DNA from: Candidatus Brocadiia bacterium
GTDB taxonomy: Bacteria > Planctomycetota > Brocadiia > CAIUPP01
Length of the DNA stretch: 64,000 bases
Direction of reading: 5' to 3'
NCBI GenBank assembly: GCA_050015075.1
Contig: JBEKCB010000020.1
Span: 1-64,000 of the forward strand
Both the position numbers and the translations under genes were made by a program. Under the pieces are notes generated by a model. It did no database searches. It was not told the DNA's origin and saw only the letters and a program-made list of their open reading frames with translations. This document shows, one piece after another, positions 27,601 to 37,335 of the stretch (the stretch's first letter is position 1; every line of letters starts with the position of its first letter).

Positions 27601-28351
27601 CGCTCTGCCAGGCGCCGACGCCGGCGACCACGACCACGTCGGCGGAGAACGATTCGCGGGCCTGGCGGACTTCCAGGCTGGCGCGCGTCACGGGGCGGCC
27701 GGTGGTTGTGAACCGGACCTGCATCACGTCGCCCTTGCGGATGACCTGGTCGCCCGGCTCGACGTTCAGCTTGGTGTAGGAGAAGAAATCTTCGCGGTTC
27801 GGCTGGAGCAGGCGCCCGACGCTGTTGGAGACGGCCTCCGGCGCGAAGAGATACGCCATCGCCATCGCCAGGGCGAGGACGCCGAAGAGCGCGGCGATGC
27901 GCGCCAGTTTGTCGAGCGGCACGGCCTGGCGCCAGCTCACCGTCTGGCTGCGCTGGTCAATCTGGCTGAGCGCAACGTCCACGAGGCCCTTGGAGACGCC
28001 GTAAGAATCCTGGTCGCGGCTCAGCTCGACGCCGGTCACCAGGTCTTCGGCCATGTTGGGGAAGTTCCGGCCCAGGCGGGCGGCGGTGCGCTCGTCGCCC
28101 ATGCGCTTCGACACGGGCGTCAGGACGCGGCGCACCAGCAGCGCCACGACCGCCAGCGCGACGACCACCAGGAGGACCCACCGCAGCCCTCTCGGAGCGC
28201 CCAGCAGCAAGCGGTCCACCAGCACGCCCAGGCCCGCGCCGCCGAGGATCGCGCAGAACATCATCAGCAGGCCCATCGTCGCCTGCACGACGCGCCAGCG
28301 AAGCCGATAATGGTCCAGCAGGTCGCGCAAGCGTTTCGGGATAGCAGCCAT
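24620..28351 (-). CDS. Large membrane-anchored coiled-coil protein (DUF4175-like)
   Basis: N-terminal TMs, Ig-like segments (DxxPEV, A.DDYGV..L), Q/E/K-rich coiled coil and C-terminal P.EFR.L...YF. Confidence 0.75.
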   Translation of the reverse strand: MAAIPKRLRDLLDHYRLRWRVVQATMGLLMMFCAILGGAGLGVLVDRLLLGAPRGLRWVLLVVVALAVVALLVRRVLTPVSKRMGDERTAARLGRNFPNMAEDLVTGVELSRDQDSYGVSKGLVDVALSQIDQRSQTVSWRQAVPLDKLARIAALFGVLALAMAMAYLFAPEAVSNSVGRLLQPNREDFFSYTKLNVEPGDQVIRKGDVMQVRFTTTGRPVTRASLEVRQARESFSADVVVVAGVGAWQSAPLLDDLRYRVKAGDNVSPWYAVRTLPSPALIGKSVLVTPPAYTERPETTVEGVAGPVTVVNGPERDGVPQPSTVVIQVRPAVRGDDPKLVCSAWLTAGDQTYPLKAEGGMFVSPKLTPTEDVDYKITLKDGFGLTNRAPEIISIKVVPDTKPEVTIPKPGSDLSQLPGASVPITASATDDYGVRDLKLQTRLVHDKAPTDAALDDWKTVPLSEGGATQQRLEGSTALLLADFNPIPGDRIEIRAMASDYADEAMFRNGYSEVYRINIISNADHLDMMLDRLLQIADKVDLASRKQGAEAKQTGELKDAPTDNKAPEAADAQQRQEELRDKVKGLETQLGEVIADLSDNPMTPAGLLSDLTKAESGMDKAESEPMKQASDNLAKAAQSKAGKPDSGQKQQLQDAQKAQKEAAEDLEKLSSEISRIQRRKLLEILADEAEQLSRDQADARNLTGKAATEVGGRLASELSQADLDRIVRLSGFQKLVSNGIATLDKDIQKVLENLTQENVSEAEKASDALSQMQDDHLTENSEEVASQISENNLFAQTPRQQAISDSLMDVAQTLRTSDDMSEAAKELQEFIKRQKEINARTEKLIGGDVKGADPDEPLPKPAPNPSDSGAMNPEPARPAVVIVNGPARMQVIRRPTPRIASATVTRMPQVVRVEATVAPLVVAQNSAPAPAAPAAAPVPPQVKIVGSRLGEREGMLGQDVSEHSLAMRDLFKELGLFKIETADKLDQASAEMGLAAQDLPVPSLPQALEHGKKALELLEEASKSLAEDEQQMDEQQKDDEEMSLEEMMQLAKIIGQMKTLHADTGAADHARMQAPSAFPERVMALARHQGRIRYDTTKITRKLQAKQSHLAQTLEMAGAKMDLSHTALESGDAGAETRKNQSAAIQVLEAVLKEQEEKNGGRSSQAMSAMQAMHTLSQANHGGGFHGGTNGPLEPARLDTAGYQVTTQQKYDDKLAAGFESEFPPEFRGLLNSYFDQVRKETRP

Positions 28352-28386
28352 AGGTTCTCCTTGCAACTTGCGAACGCCTTCGGCAA

Positions 28387-28412
28387 TCCGCCTTCGCCAA
28401 GGCTTCGGCGGA
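28387..28412. repeat. Short palindromic REP-like unit
   Basis: TCCGCCTTCGCCAAGGCTTCGGCGGA, an intergenic hairpin. Confidence 0.55.
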
Positions 28413-28428
28413 CAAGTCCGCAATTACG

Positions 28429-30732
28429 TTACGCGAGTCCTGTGCGCTTTCTCAGGAACCATGCCGCCGACAGAACGAGGGCGAGTACGGCGTAGTAGAT
28501 CCGGTTGCGGAAAGGCGCGTATTCCTCAGTCAACATGCGGTGCCCCGCCTTCGCCGTCAGGAGCGACTTCAAGTCGCCCGTGCCGGCAACGTCATTATAC
28601 TTCCCGCCGCTGGCGGCCGCAATGGCCTTGAGCGCGCTCACATCCTGGGCCAGGAACGATTTTTCGAGGTCCGGCCGCAGCACCTGGAGGATCGCCTTGG
28701 AGTCGAGCGGGTTCTGCCCGTACTTCGCGACGATCGGGTTGAATTTGAGCTGGCCCTCCTGCTGCGGGACGAATGTGCCGCGGTAAATACCCCAGCCGCC
28801 GGGTGCCGCCGCCAGCGCCATGCGCTGCGGTTCGCCCTTCTCGGGCGTGATCAGGACCGAGACGTCGGCGTTCGTGAGCGGGTAGCCGTCGTTGTCGAGG
28901 CAGTACGCCTCGACCTCGACCTTCTCGCCCACGTTGCATTCCACGCGGCTGAGGCTCAGCCGGCAGAGACGGTCGCCCTCGTTGAAATGCTTGCGGATCA
29001 GCCAGCGGATCGCCTGCGCCCAGAAGCGGTAGTGGTACTTGTCGCCGATGCTCTTGCGCCAACGCCAGGTCTCTTCGACGCCGGAGAAGAGCGTTTTGCC
29101 CGCGCCGACGTACTGGATCGCGAGGATGGGCTGGTGGCCGGTGCCGGCGACCTGGTTCGAGTTCGCCAGGAGCATGGCGGCGCCGCGCGCGAGTCCGGCG
29201 ACGTCGGCGGACCAGCCCATGGCGGGCAGGTTGGTCCAGATGCGCTCGTTCTCCACGGCATCGGGCGAGAGGCGCGTGAGGAGGTGCGAGGCGCCTTCCT
29301 GCGTCAGCTCCAGCTTCACGGTGCGCTCGCCGCTGGCGGGCGTGCGCGTGAGCAGCACGGGCAGGACGTCCTCGAGCGGCGTGCCGACCAGGTTGCGATA
29401 GTTCTGCCGCCGGCCGGCGATGAGCGCCAGGGAGCCGCCGCGGACGCGGACCATGTCGGCCAGTTCCTTGAGGAAGGCGTCGGGCAGCAGGTCGCGCGGC
29501 ACGTCGCCCAGGAAAACCAGGTCGTAGTCGGCGAAGTCCTTCTTGTCGGTCGGCAGTTCGGCCAGGTAACCGGGTCCGCGGATGGGGCCGACGCCGGGCC
29601 GGAGCAGGCAGATGGTGGGCGTCACGCCCGGGTCGCGCTCGAGGACGCTGCGGATGAAACGGAACTCCCAGCGCGGCTCGGCGTCAATCAGCAGCACGCG
29701 GATCTTGCGGTCCACGATCTCCACGGTCGTCTCGGCGTGGTTCTTGCCGAGGCCGGGCTGGTCCTCGGTCGGGCGGACGCGCGCGATGAAGGTGCGTCGG
29801 CCGGCGGTGCGCGGCTCGTAAGCCATCTCGACTTGCAGCGGCCGGGCGCCGGGCAGCGTCACCACCGGCTGTTCGGCCACGACGCGGCCGCCGTCGAGCA
29901 GTTCGAGGGTGACGCGCATGGGCACGGCGCTGGTGGCCATGACGGTGGCCTCGAGGAACAGCATGTCTCCGAGCAGCGATTCCTGCGGCCCACGCAGCGA
30001 GAGGACCGAGGCGTCGAGCGGCGGCTCCGGGTTTCCGAGGCCGATGGGATAGACCGGGATGTTGCGCAGGCCGAGCGCGCGCGCCGATTCGGCCGGGTCG
30101 CTGCCGGCGTTCCAGGCGCCGTCGGTGATCAGGACGATGGCGGCGGGAGTCCTCTGCCCGCTTTCGTCGCCGCCGGCGTTGATGAATTCGAGCACATTGC
30201 CGATGGCCGTCTCCTGGCCTTCGTCGTCCACCCGGAAGGCCGTGGAGGCGCCTTCGAGCGGGAGTTTTTTCGCGGCGCCGGCGAAGCCCCAGAGCTGGAT
30301 GTCGAAGACGCGGCTCACGTCGGCGAGCCACGAGCCCGGCGCCAGGTTCAGCAGCGAGCGTTCGATGTCCACGCGGGCGACTTCGCCCGCCTGGGCGCCG
30401 GAGGTTTGAATCTGCGCGTTGCGGATATAGTCCGCCTCGGGGCCTTTGTAGCTGTCGGTCAGGCTCATGCTGCGGGAGTTGTCCGCCAGGACGTAGAGCA
30501 TCGGCTTCTGCGGGTCGGGCCATTCGCGCACCAGGCGCGGGTTGAGCAGCAGCCCGATGGCCAGCAGCGTGCCGACGATGGTCAGGAAGATGATGACGAT
30601 GCGGGTGAACAGCTTGATGCGGGCGAGGTCGCGGACGGTCCAGAAGATCACCGCCGCAAGGACCAGCAGCGCCAGCGCGCCCACGAGCCAGGGCGAAAAC
30701 GGCAGGTCGAAAATGACGTTCGTTCTACCCAA
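28429..30732 (-). CDS. Membrane protein with VWA and glutamine-amidotransferase-like domains
   Basis: MIDAS motif DNSRSM...T...ITDG, plus PRWEFRF, YDLVFLGDV and ETWRWR...FW.Q.IRWL. Confidence 0.82.
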   Translation of the reverse strand: MGRTNVIFDLPFSPWLVGALALLVLAAVIFWTVRDLARIKLFTRIVIIFLTIVGTLLAIGLLLNPRLVREWPDPQKPMLYVLADNSRSMSLTDSYKGPEADYIRNAQIQTSGAQAGEVARVDIERSLLNLAPGSWLADVSRVFDIQLWGFAGAAKKLPLEGASTAFRVDDEGQETAIGNVLEFINAGGDESGQRTPAAIVLITDGAWNAGSDPAESARALGLRNIPVYPIGLGNPEPPLDASVLSLRGPQESLLGDMLFLEATVMATSAVPMRVTLELLDGGRVVAEQPVVTLPGARPLQVEMAYEPRTAGRRTFIARVRPTEDQPGLGKNHAETTVEIVDRKIRVLLIDAEPRWEFRFIRSVLERDPGVTPTICLLRPGVGPIRGPGYLAELPTDKKDFADYDLVFLGDVPRDLLPDAFLKELADMVRVRGGSLALIAGRRQNYRNLVGTPLEDVLPVLLTRTPASGERTVKLELTQEGASHLLTRLSPDAVENERIWTNLPAMGWSADVAGLARGAAMLLANSNQVAGTGHQPILAIQYVGAGKTLFSGVEETWRWRKSIGDKYHYRFWAQAIRWLIRKHFNEGDRLCRLSLSRVECNVGEKVEVEAYCLDNDGYPLTNADVSVLITPEKGEPQRMALAAAPGGWGIYRGTFVPQQEGQLKFNPIVAKYGQNPLDSKAILQVLRPDLEKSFLAQDVSALKAIAAASGGKYNDVAGTGDLKSLLTAKAGHRMLTEEYAPFRNRIYYAVLALVLSAAWFLRKRTGLA

Positions 30733-30747
30733 GCAGCATCGCCTTCA

Positions 30748-30888
30748 TAGTGCAGCGTCCCGAAAATAACATACATGAATCCAGCCCGCGTCGTGCTGCT
30801 CGTAGTGTGCCCGTCAGGGCATACGGAATAGCGCCTGACGGCGCCACTACAAGCGGCGCACGAGATTCCTCGCTCCGCTCGGAATGAC
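30748..30888. mobile_element. MITE/REP composite with a nested GTAG-type REP pair
   Basis: TAGTGCAGCGTCCCGAAAATA left end, internal GTAGTGTGCCCGTCAGGGCA / AGCGCCTGACGGCGCCACTAC pair, and GAGATTCCTCG..CTCGGAATGAC. Confidence 0.55.
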
Positions 30889-30988
30889 CCGAGATCAGGC
30901 AACTAATCTCAGCACCAGTGCGCGACAGATTATCAACCGGGCCCATCGTCAAGCTTCCATCGTCCAGGGTCTGTCGTCTATCGTCAGT

Positions 30989-33193
30989 TTATCGTCGGCT
31001 TCCGCCGGCGGCCGCTTCGGCGGGCTTCGCCGGCGTGGGCCGGTCAATCGCCCAAGCCAGGATCACGGCGCCCAGGATCGCGCAGAGGGCCATGATCGCA
31101 AATGGAAAACTCCACGTCCCGGCGGAAGCTTCGTGACCGGTCGCGGCCAGGTCGCCGTTGGCGGCCATGGCGGTGACGCGGAAACCTTGCAGGAGGTTGC
31201 CCATGACGGCCTGGGGAATCAGCTCCATGTCCGATTCCTCCGGCGGCACGTTGATGGTGCCGACGATCGGCCCGCCTTCGTCCTTGGGCGGCACGGAGCC
31301 GGCGGGCGCCGCGGTGAGGCGATAGAATCCCGCGATGCCGGTATCCTCGAACGACGCCTTGTCCGGGTCGCTCTTCATCGGGGCCAGCGGCTCGACGCGC
31401 CCGTCGGGCGTGACGATGCGCGGCCATTCGGCCAGGGCGGGCACGATCAGCGGCATGAAGGCGCGGTGCGAGGCCGTGATGCCTTTTTCGATCAGGTGGT
31501 TCAAGACGAGCCGATGGACCGTCGGCGGGAAAAACGGCGTGAGCGGCAGGTTCGAGAAATCCACCTGCGCCGAGACGGCGAAGAGGAAGACACGGCCTTT
31601 GCCGGTCTGCTGGACGACGAGGAACGGCTGGCCGGAGTCGGTGCTCATGAGCACCTGCGCGGCGAGCTTCTCGGTGGAGGCGGGCGGCGGCTCGATGGGG
31701 AACAGGCGCGAGATCAGCAGCCGGTTGAGCCCTTCGAGCGGCAGCGTCTGGGTCAGCGGGTTCTGTTGCGAGGCCCAGTTGACCTTGGCGCGTTTGTCGG
31801 TCGGGAAATCCCTGAATCCCTGCAGCGGTATGCGCGGGAACTTGTCGGCGGTCCACTCGGCCGGGACGGTGTGCTCGCCGGGGAAGATGACGAGCAGTCC
31901 GCCCGCCTGGACGTATTCGTCGAGGCGCTGGCGCACGGCGTCGGAAAGCGACGGGACGTCGGTCAGGAACACGGCCTCGAACGGTTGCAGCAGCATGTCG
32001 GAAAGCGCATCGGCCTCGACGACCTTCGGCAGGAAGGGCGAGCGGTAGCCAGCCTCCGCCTCGGTGGGCCGCAGCGCCAGCGAGACGAAGTGCGAGGCGG
32101 CCTTGTCCGGCCGGCCGGCGGGCGCGCCCTCGACGACGAGGACCGGCACCTGGTCCTCGGTGCTGAGGGTGAAGTAGAAGCGGTTGTCGGCGGGGATGAC
32201 GTCCGGATCGAGCTGGACGTATCCGGAGTGCGCGCCGGCCTTGAGCGTGGGCAGGTTGAAGACGCAATCGGCGCGGCCGGCCTCGTGGAAGTTGACGGAG
32301 GCGGAGTCCACGCGCTCGCCGTCGAAGTACAGCGACACGTTCGCCAGGGCGCTCGTCGGCTCGGAGGCGGATTCGGCGCCACCGGTCCGGCGCTCGGCGT
32401 TCAGTTGCACGGTGGCGGTGAGGCGCGGCGCATCGCCTTCGGTGGGGATCGGCGGCGAAAGGCTGAGGCCGGCGAACGAGAAATTGACTCCGGTGCTGCG
32501 TTCGAGGGGCGTGACGACGATTTCGGGCTTGCCGGCCAGCTCGAGGGCCTTCCGCGTGGCCTCCCAGGCGCCGGAGTCCGACGGGCGCCAGTCGGAGGCC
32601 TGGGTGTCGGTGAGGATCCAGATGACGCCTCCGCCGCCGCTGCGCTGGAGCGTTTCGGCGGCGGCGGTGATCGCCTGCGGGATGTCGGCCGCGCCGTCGG
32701 TGAGGCGGGCGGTTTCGATGGCGTTGGAGACGGCGCGCAGGTCGCGGAGCGGCTCGCGCGAAGAGATGCGGCACTCGCCGGCCATGAGCCCGAAGGCCGC
32801 GGCGGTGCCGCGCGGGAACATGGCGATGGCGTTCAGTGCGGCGCGCTTGCCGCGCTCGAAGCAGGTGCCGCCCGCGGTGGTGCTGCTCATGCTGGCGGAA
32901 CCGTCGAGCAGGATGACCATCTTGTTTCCGCTGCCGAGGAGCCGGCCGATGCCGCCGCGCAGGATCGGCTCGAGCAGCACCATGAGCGCGGCGGCCAGGA
33001 TCAGCGTGCGCAGGATCATCAGGAGGATCTGCTGCAGGCGCGCGCGGCGGACGGCCTTGGTCTCGTTGTTGAGCAGGAAGTCAATCGCAGCCCACCGCAC
33101 GCGCCGATACCGCAGGCGCGTGAGCAGGTGGATGATCAGCGGCGCGGCCACCAGCGGAAGCAGCCAGAAAAACTCGGGATGCAGAAAACTCAT
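30989..33193 (-). CDS. BatA N-terminal domain + VWA protein
   Basis: MSFLHP...PLIIHLL...W.AI.FL (BatA), DGSASM MIDAS, LTD.Q and SNLPL.P.F.P. Confidence 0.85.
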   Translation of the reverse strand: MSFLHPEFFWLLPLVAAPLIIHLLTRLRYRRVRWAAIDFLLNNETKAVRRARLQQILLMILRTLILAAALMVLLEPILRGGIGRLLGSGNKMVILLDGSASMSSTTAGGTCFERGKRAALNAIAMFPRGTAAAFGLMAGECRISSREPLRDLRAVSNAIETARLTDGAADIPQAITAAAETLQRSGGGGVIWILTDTQASDWRPSDSGAWEATRKALELAGKPEIVVTPLERSTGVNFSFAGLSLSPPIPTEGDAPRLTATVQLNAERRTGGAESASEPTSALANVSLYFDGERVDSASVNFHEAGRADCVFNLPTLKAGAHSGYVQLDPDVIPADNRFYFTLSTEDQVPVLVVEGAPAGRPDKAASHFVSLALRPTEAEAGYRSPFLPKVVEADALSDMLLQPFEAVFLTDVPSLSDAVRQRLDEYVQAGGLLVIFPGEHTVPAEWTADKFPRIPLQGFRDFPTDKRAKVNWASQQNPLTQTLPLEGLNRLLISRLFPIEPPPASTEKLAAQVLMSTDSGQPFLVVQQTGKGRVFLFAVSAQVDFSNLPLTPFFPPTVHRLVLNHLIEKGITASHRAFMPLIVPALAEWPRIVTPDGRVEPLAPMKSDPDKASFEDTGIAGFYRLTAAPAGSVPPKDEGGPIVGTINVPPEESDMELIPQAVMGNLLQGFRVTAMAANGDLAATGHEASAGTWSFPFAIMALCAILGAVILAWAIDRPTPAKPAEAAAGGSRR

Positions 33194-33212
33194 CGTTGCT
33201 CCACGGCTGTCG

Positions 33213-34109
33213 TTATTTTCTCCTCGCCAGGAATCCCGTTAGCGCGCGGTCGAACGGCAGCGAGAGGCGCATGAGCTCGTAGTCAATGCCCTTCTCGGTG
33301 CAGCCGCGCTTGATTTTTGCGAGGTACTCGCGGAAGCGCTCGCGGTACCCCTCGGCGACCACCTGCGGGTCCGCGATGATCTCCTCGCCGCGCTCCATGC
33401 CCTCGAAGAGCGTCACGCGGTCGTAGGGGAAATCAATCTCGGCGTCGTCCACCAGGTGGAAGGCGATGACCTCGTGGCGGCGGTGCTGGAAGTGCTGCAG
33501 GCCGTTGAGGATTTCCTCGACGTTGTCGAAGAAGTCGCTGAGGATGATGACCATGCTGCGGCGGCGGACCTGCTCGGCGATCTCGTGCAGGACGGCGGGC
33601 AGGTCGGTGTCCTTGCCGGGCGCGGCGGACTCGAGCGTCTCGAGGATGGCGTGGAAGTGCCGGGCGTTGCCGCGCGGCGGGATGAACTGCCGCACGGCGC
33701 TGTCGAAGCAGACGAGGCCGACGTGGTCGCCCTGGCCGAGCATGAGCAGCGCCAGGGCGGCGGCGGCCGAGGCGGCGTAGTCCAGGCGCGTCATGCCCGA
33801 GGTGCCGAAGTCCATCGAGCCGCTGCAATCGAGGAGGATGTAGCAGTTCAGGTTCGTCTCGGCGTCGAACTGCTTGATGAAGTAGCGGTCGGAGCGGGCG
33901 ACGACGCGCCAGTCCAGGTAGCGCAGGTCGTCGCCGGGGACATATTCGCGGTACTCGGCGAACTCGACGTTCAGCCCGTGGTAGGGGCTTTTATGGATGC
34001 CGGTATAGTAGCCTTCCATCGCCTTGCGGGCGCGGAGTTCCATGTGGCTGATGCGCGCCACTGCGCGGCGGTCAATCGTCCGGATCGTTTTCCTGGCTTT
34101 GAGGGCCAT
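33213..34109 (-). CDS. DUF58 protein
   Basis: G.H.S...G..VEFAEYREYVPGDDLR.LDWRV.AR, plus DCSGSM and ILSDF. Confidence 0.92.
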   Translation of the reverse strand: MALKARKTIRTIDRRAVARISHMELRARKAMEGYYTGIHKSPYHGLNVEFAEYREYVPGDDLRYLDWRVVARSDRYFIKQFDAETNLNCYILLDCSGSMDFGTSGMTRLDYAASAAAALALLMLGQGDHVGLVCFDSAVRQFIPPRGNARHFHAILETLESAAPGKDTDLPAVLHEIAEQVRRRSMVIILSDFFDNVEEILNGLQHFQHRRHEVIAFHLVDDAEIDFPYDRVTLFEGMERGEEIIADPQVVAEGYRERFREYLAKIKRGCTEKGIDYELMRLSLPFDRALTGFLARRK

Positions 34110-34151
34110 CTTTATTTCCGTTTGCCGAATGCCGATTGCCGAATGAAGGAA

Positions 34152-35174
34152 TTATTCCTGTTCCAGCGCGGGGATCTCGTCCATGAGTTTCTTGGCGACG
34201 TCGTCGGAGGTCACTCCGTCAGCTTCCGCGTTGAAGTTGAGCAGGATGCGGTGGCGGAGGACCGGGCCGGCGACCGCGCGCACGTCCTCGATGGCGGCAT
34301 ACGGCCGGCCGCGGAGGATCGAGCGGGCCTTGGCGCCGAGGATCAGGTATTGCGAGGCGCGCGGACCCGCGCCCCAGGCGACCCAGTCGCGGATGTAGCC
34401 GGGCGCGTCGGCCTCGCCCTTGCGCGTGCGGCGGGCCAGCGTCACGGCGTACTTGTAGACGTGGTCGGGCACCGGGATGCGATAGACCAGGTCCTGCAGC
34501 GAGACGATGTCCTCGCCGCTGAGCACTTTCTGGACGGCGACCTCGCGGTGCGTGGTGGTCTGGCGGACGATCTGGATCTCCTCGTCGAAGGAGGGATAAT
34601 CCACTTTCACGTGAAACATGAAGCGGTCGCGCTGGGCTTCGGGCAGCGGATAGGTGCCTTCCTGCTCGATGGGGTTCTGCGTGGCCAGCACGAGGAACGG
34701 CTCGTTGAGGCGGTATTCCTTGCCGCCGGCGGTGACGTGGTGCTCCTGCATGGCCTCGAGGAGCGCGGCCTGGGTCTTCGGCGGCGTGCGGTTGACCTCG
34801 TCGGCGAGGATGACGTTGGCGAAGAGCGGACCCTTGACGAAGGCGAACTCGCGGTGGCCCGTGGCGCGGTCTTCGCGGAGGATCTCGGTGCCGATGATGT
34901 CGGCGGGCATCAGGTCGGGCGTGAACTGGATGCGGTGGAACTGGAGCGAGAGCGCCTCGGAGAGCGTGCGCACGAGGAGCGTCTTGGCCAGGCCGGGCAC
35001 GCCCTCGAGCAGGCAGTGCCCGCGCGAGAACATGGCGATGAGCACGTCCTCGATGACCTGGTCCTGCCCGACGATGACGTGCTGCAGTTCCTTGACGAGC
35101 CGGGCGCAGGAGTCTCGAAACCGTTCGATCTCCTGTACGTCATTGTCCTGCATGTTCGGCGCGTTCTGGGCCAT
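34152..35174 (-). CDS. moxR: MoxR-family AAA+ ATPase
   Basis: Walker A GVPGLAKT, RIQFTPDLMPADI, Walker B LADEVNRTPPKTQ.ALLEAM, and ATQNPIEQEGTYPLPEAQ.DRF. Confidence 0.93.
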   Translation of the reverse strand: MAQNAPNMQDNDVQEIERFRDSCARLVKELQHVIVGQDQVIEDVLIAMFSRGHCLLEGVPGLAKTLLVRTLSEALSLQFHRIQFTPDLMPADIIGTEILREDRATGHREFAFVKGPLFANVILADEVNRTPPKTQAALLEAMQEHHVTAGGKEYRLNEPFLVLATQNPIEQEGTYPLPEAQRDRFMFHVKVDYPSFDEEIQIVRQTTTHREVAVQKVLSGEDIVSLQDLVYRIPVPDHVYKYAVTLARRTRKGEADAPGYIRDWVAWGAGPRASQYLILGAKARSILRGRPYAAIEDVRAVAGPVLRHRILLNFNAEADGVTSDDVAKKLMDEIPALEQE

Positions 35175-35213
35175 GAGCAAGCTCCTCAAAAAAGCGATCC
35201 GGTATCAGGTCAG

Positions 35214-37211
35214 TTAGGGCGCGCCGCGGCGAAAACGAATCGAACGGAGCGCGTCGCGCTGGAGGGAAACCGAGCCGAACAGGTCCGACTGGCCGGTGAG
35301 CCGGTCATCGGCCAGCACGCAGGAATGCAGCGTGAAATTGCCCTGCGTGGTCTGCACGGTGGCTTCCGCCGGCAGCGCGGACGGCGCCGCGGCCCGGCGA
35401 GGGAAGCGGACCAGTTGCACGCGTTTCAACTCCGGCTCGATATTGCCGAAGTCGGTGACGATGGTGAACTTGCCCTCCGCGAAAGTCACCGACTTCGCGG
35501 AGATCGTGTCGCCGTTGAGCAGCATCACCTGGACGGAATCCATCGCGGCGGGCAGCGCCTTGCGCGGCAGCACCAGGCCGGGCTCCGCGCGGAGATGCCT
35601 GACGGCCAGGGGCGTGTTCGCGACGAACAGCACGTATCGCCCGGTCTTCGGGCCGACGGTGAACCGGTACTGGCCCGCCAGCGTGTCGCCCAGGTTCGGC
35701 ACGTCGCTCACCCACGGCTGAATCGTGCCCTCCTTCGGATCGTATTGAAGCTGGAACTGAATGCGGGGCTTCGACACCAACTGGTTGCCGGTTCCCCAAC
35801 TGCCCAGGTTCTGGACGCCCGCTTCCGGCGTCACCGCGGCGCAGCCGCTGTCGTTGCTCTTCAAATGAAACATGACGCCGTTGTGCATGTTCTGAAGGTC
35901 CGCCCGGTCGCTGTAGACGAATATCTCGCAGTCGAGCCAAGTCCCCGCCTGCGGCAATTCGATGTCGGCGAAGAAGGTGATCGGCCCGCTCTGATCCAGC
36001 GGGACCGCGAGTATGCCGGGCACGACTTGTCCCTGCGAGCCGGCCGTCAACGTGGCCTTGCCGTCGGCGAGGGTCCAGTTGCCCTGGACGGCCATCCACG
36101 GCTCCAGGGTGCCCCATTCGAACCCCGTGTCCACGAAGTTGGCCGAGGAGCTGTCCATCAAGATTTCCGTCAGCGACGAGGTGGGCGCCGTCAGCGTCCC
36201 GATCTCCGGGTTCGCGATGACGGTCTGGTCCGCGGTGATGGACTGGACCTGTCCGAGGACGAAGTCGCCGTTGTTCATGACGACGCGCGGGCCGGCTTTC
36301 TCTTCGCGGGCCGGCGCGAACTCGACGTGCGAGACCACGGAGGTGGCCAGGCTCACGTCGCCGCCGAACTGGGGCCCGTTGAGGTGCAGCCAGCCGTCCG
36401 CGCTGATGCCGAGCACCGCGCCGGTGAAGCGATCGCCCTGGAGAGTCTGCACCGTGTCGCGCCAGTCCTCGACGGCGAGCGAATACGTGCGCGCCGCCGG
36501 CGGCGGCGCGCCCGCCAGCTTGAAGACGCCGAACGCGGCGGTGTCGTGGTCGAAAGCGTCCGTCTGCGGCGTCCAGGTGTAATTGGCCGGTTTGGCCGGC
36601 GGGTCGGCCCAGCGGACGCGGCCGATGTTGCCGAGGAAGACGACGCCTTCGTGCGGGTCGAGCTTCAGCGCGGCCAGCGGCAGGGCCATCTCCAATTCCC
36701 ACGAGGACTTGCCGCGGCGGCAGGCGGAAATCCACATACTGCCCTTGCTGATCGCCTGCGTCGCGGTTTCCTTCTTCGCCTGGTAAGACAGGTCTATTTT
36801 CTTGTTGAGCGAATTGACGGCGAACTGGGCATAGTCGTCGCGCTGCTTCTCGGGGGCGAGGAAGATCTCGACGTGATCGTCGTGGAGCAGGTCCTTGCTG
36901 CCGTCGTCCGCCTTCGCAACCAGGCGGTCCATCGCCGAGTCGGTGCAGCGCACGGCCAGGTAGAGGGACGCGTCATCCCACACCATCGCGAACTGCGTCT
37001 GCGACGGCTCGCCGACCTCGCCGCCGCCGAGCAGCGTAAAGCCCGTCTGCCAGGGCACGGCGCGCCAGCATTCGTCGTCCAGGCGCCCGTCAATCTTCGG
37101 AGGAGTCTGCGCGCGATAAACCGTGTACGTCCGTGGCTCCGCCCAGGCGGCGGCCGCCAGGACCGCCGAACAGAGGATCGCCAGCAATGGGGTGGGAATC
37201 CGGTTTCTCAT
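35214..37211 (-). CDS. Secreted protein: CBM9/DOMON-like domain plus NGD-type beta modules
   Basis: PKIDGRLDDECW, WD...LYLAV, DHVEIFL and W.LEMALP, followed by GDRFTG, NGDFV and NGDTI repeats. Start at 37211 or 37226. Confidence 0.7.
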   Translation of the reverse strand: MRNRIPTPLLAILCSAVLAAAAWAEPRTYTVYRAQTPPKIDGRLDDECWRAVPWQTGFTLLGGGEVGEPSQTQFAMVWDDASLYLAVRCTDSAMDRLVAKADDGSKDLLHDDHVEIFLAPEKQRDDYAQFAVNSLNKKIDLSYQAKKETATQAISKGSMWISACRRGKSSWELEMALPLAALKLDPHEGVVFLGNIGRVRWADPPAKPANYTWTPQTDAFDHDTAAFGVFKLAGAPPPAARTYSLAVEDWRDTVQTLQGDRFTGAVLGISADGWLHLNGPQFGGDVSLATSVVSHVEFAPAREEKAGPRVVMNNGDFVLGQVQSITADQTVIANPEIGTLTAPTSSLTEILMDSSSANFVDTGFEWGTLEPWMAVQGNWTLADGKATLTAGSQGQVVPGILAVPLDQSGPITFFADIELPQAGTWLDCEIFVYSDRADLQNMHNGVMFHLKSNDSGCAAVTPEAGVQNLGSWGTGNQLVSKPRIQFQLQYDPKEGTIQPWVSDVPNLGDTLAGQYRFTVGPKTGRYVLFVANTPLAVRHLRAEPGLVLPRKALPAAMDSVQVMLLNGDTISAKSVTFAEGKFTIVTDFGNIEPELKRVQLVRFPRRAAAPSALPAEATVQTTQGNFTLHSCVLADDRLTGQSDLFGSVSLQRDALRSIRFRRGAP

Positions 37212-37335
37212 CAGCTGGCGCTCCATGAGAGGCTCGACCACGCTCGCGGCCCTGAGCTGCATCCCAGGGCGCGCGACCGCATGCCGTCCAGAGCGCCGTG
37301 CGCGCCGGCGGCCGGCGTTGCGCGGAAAACAATTC

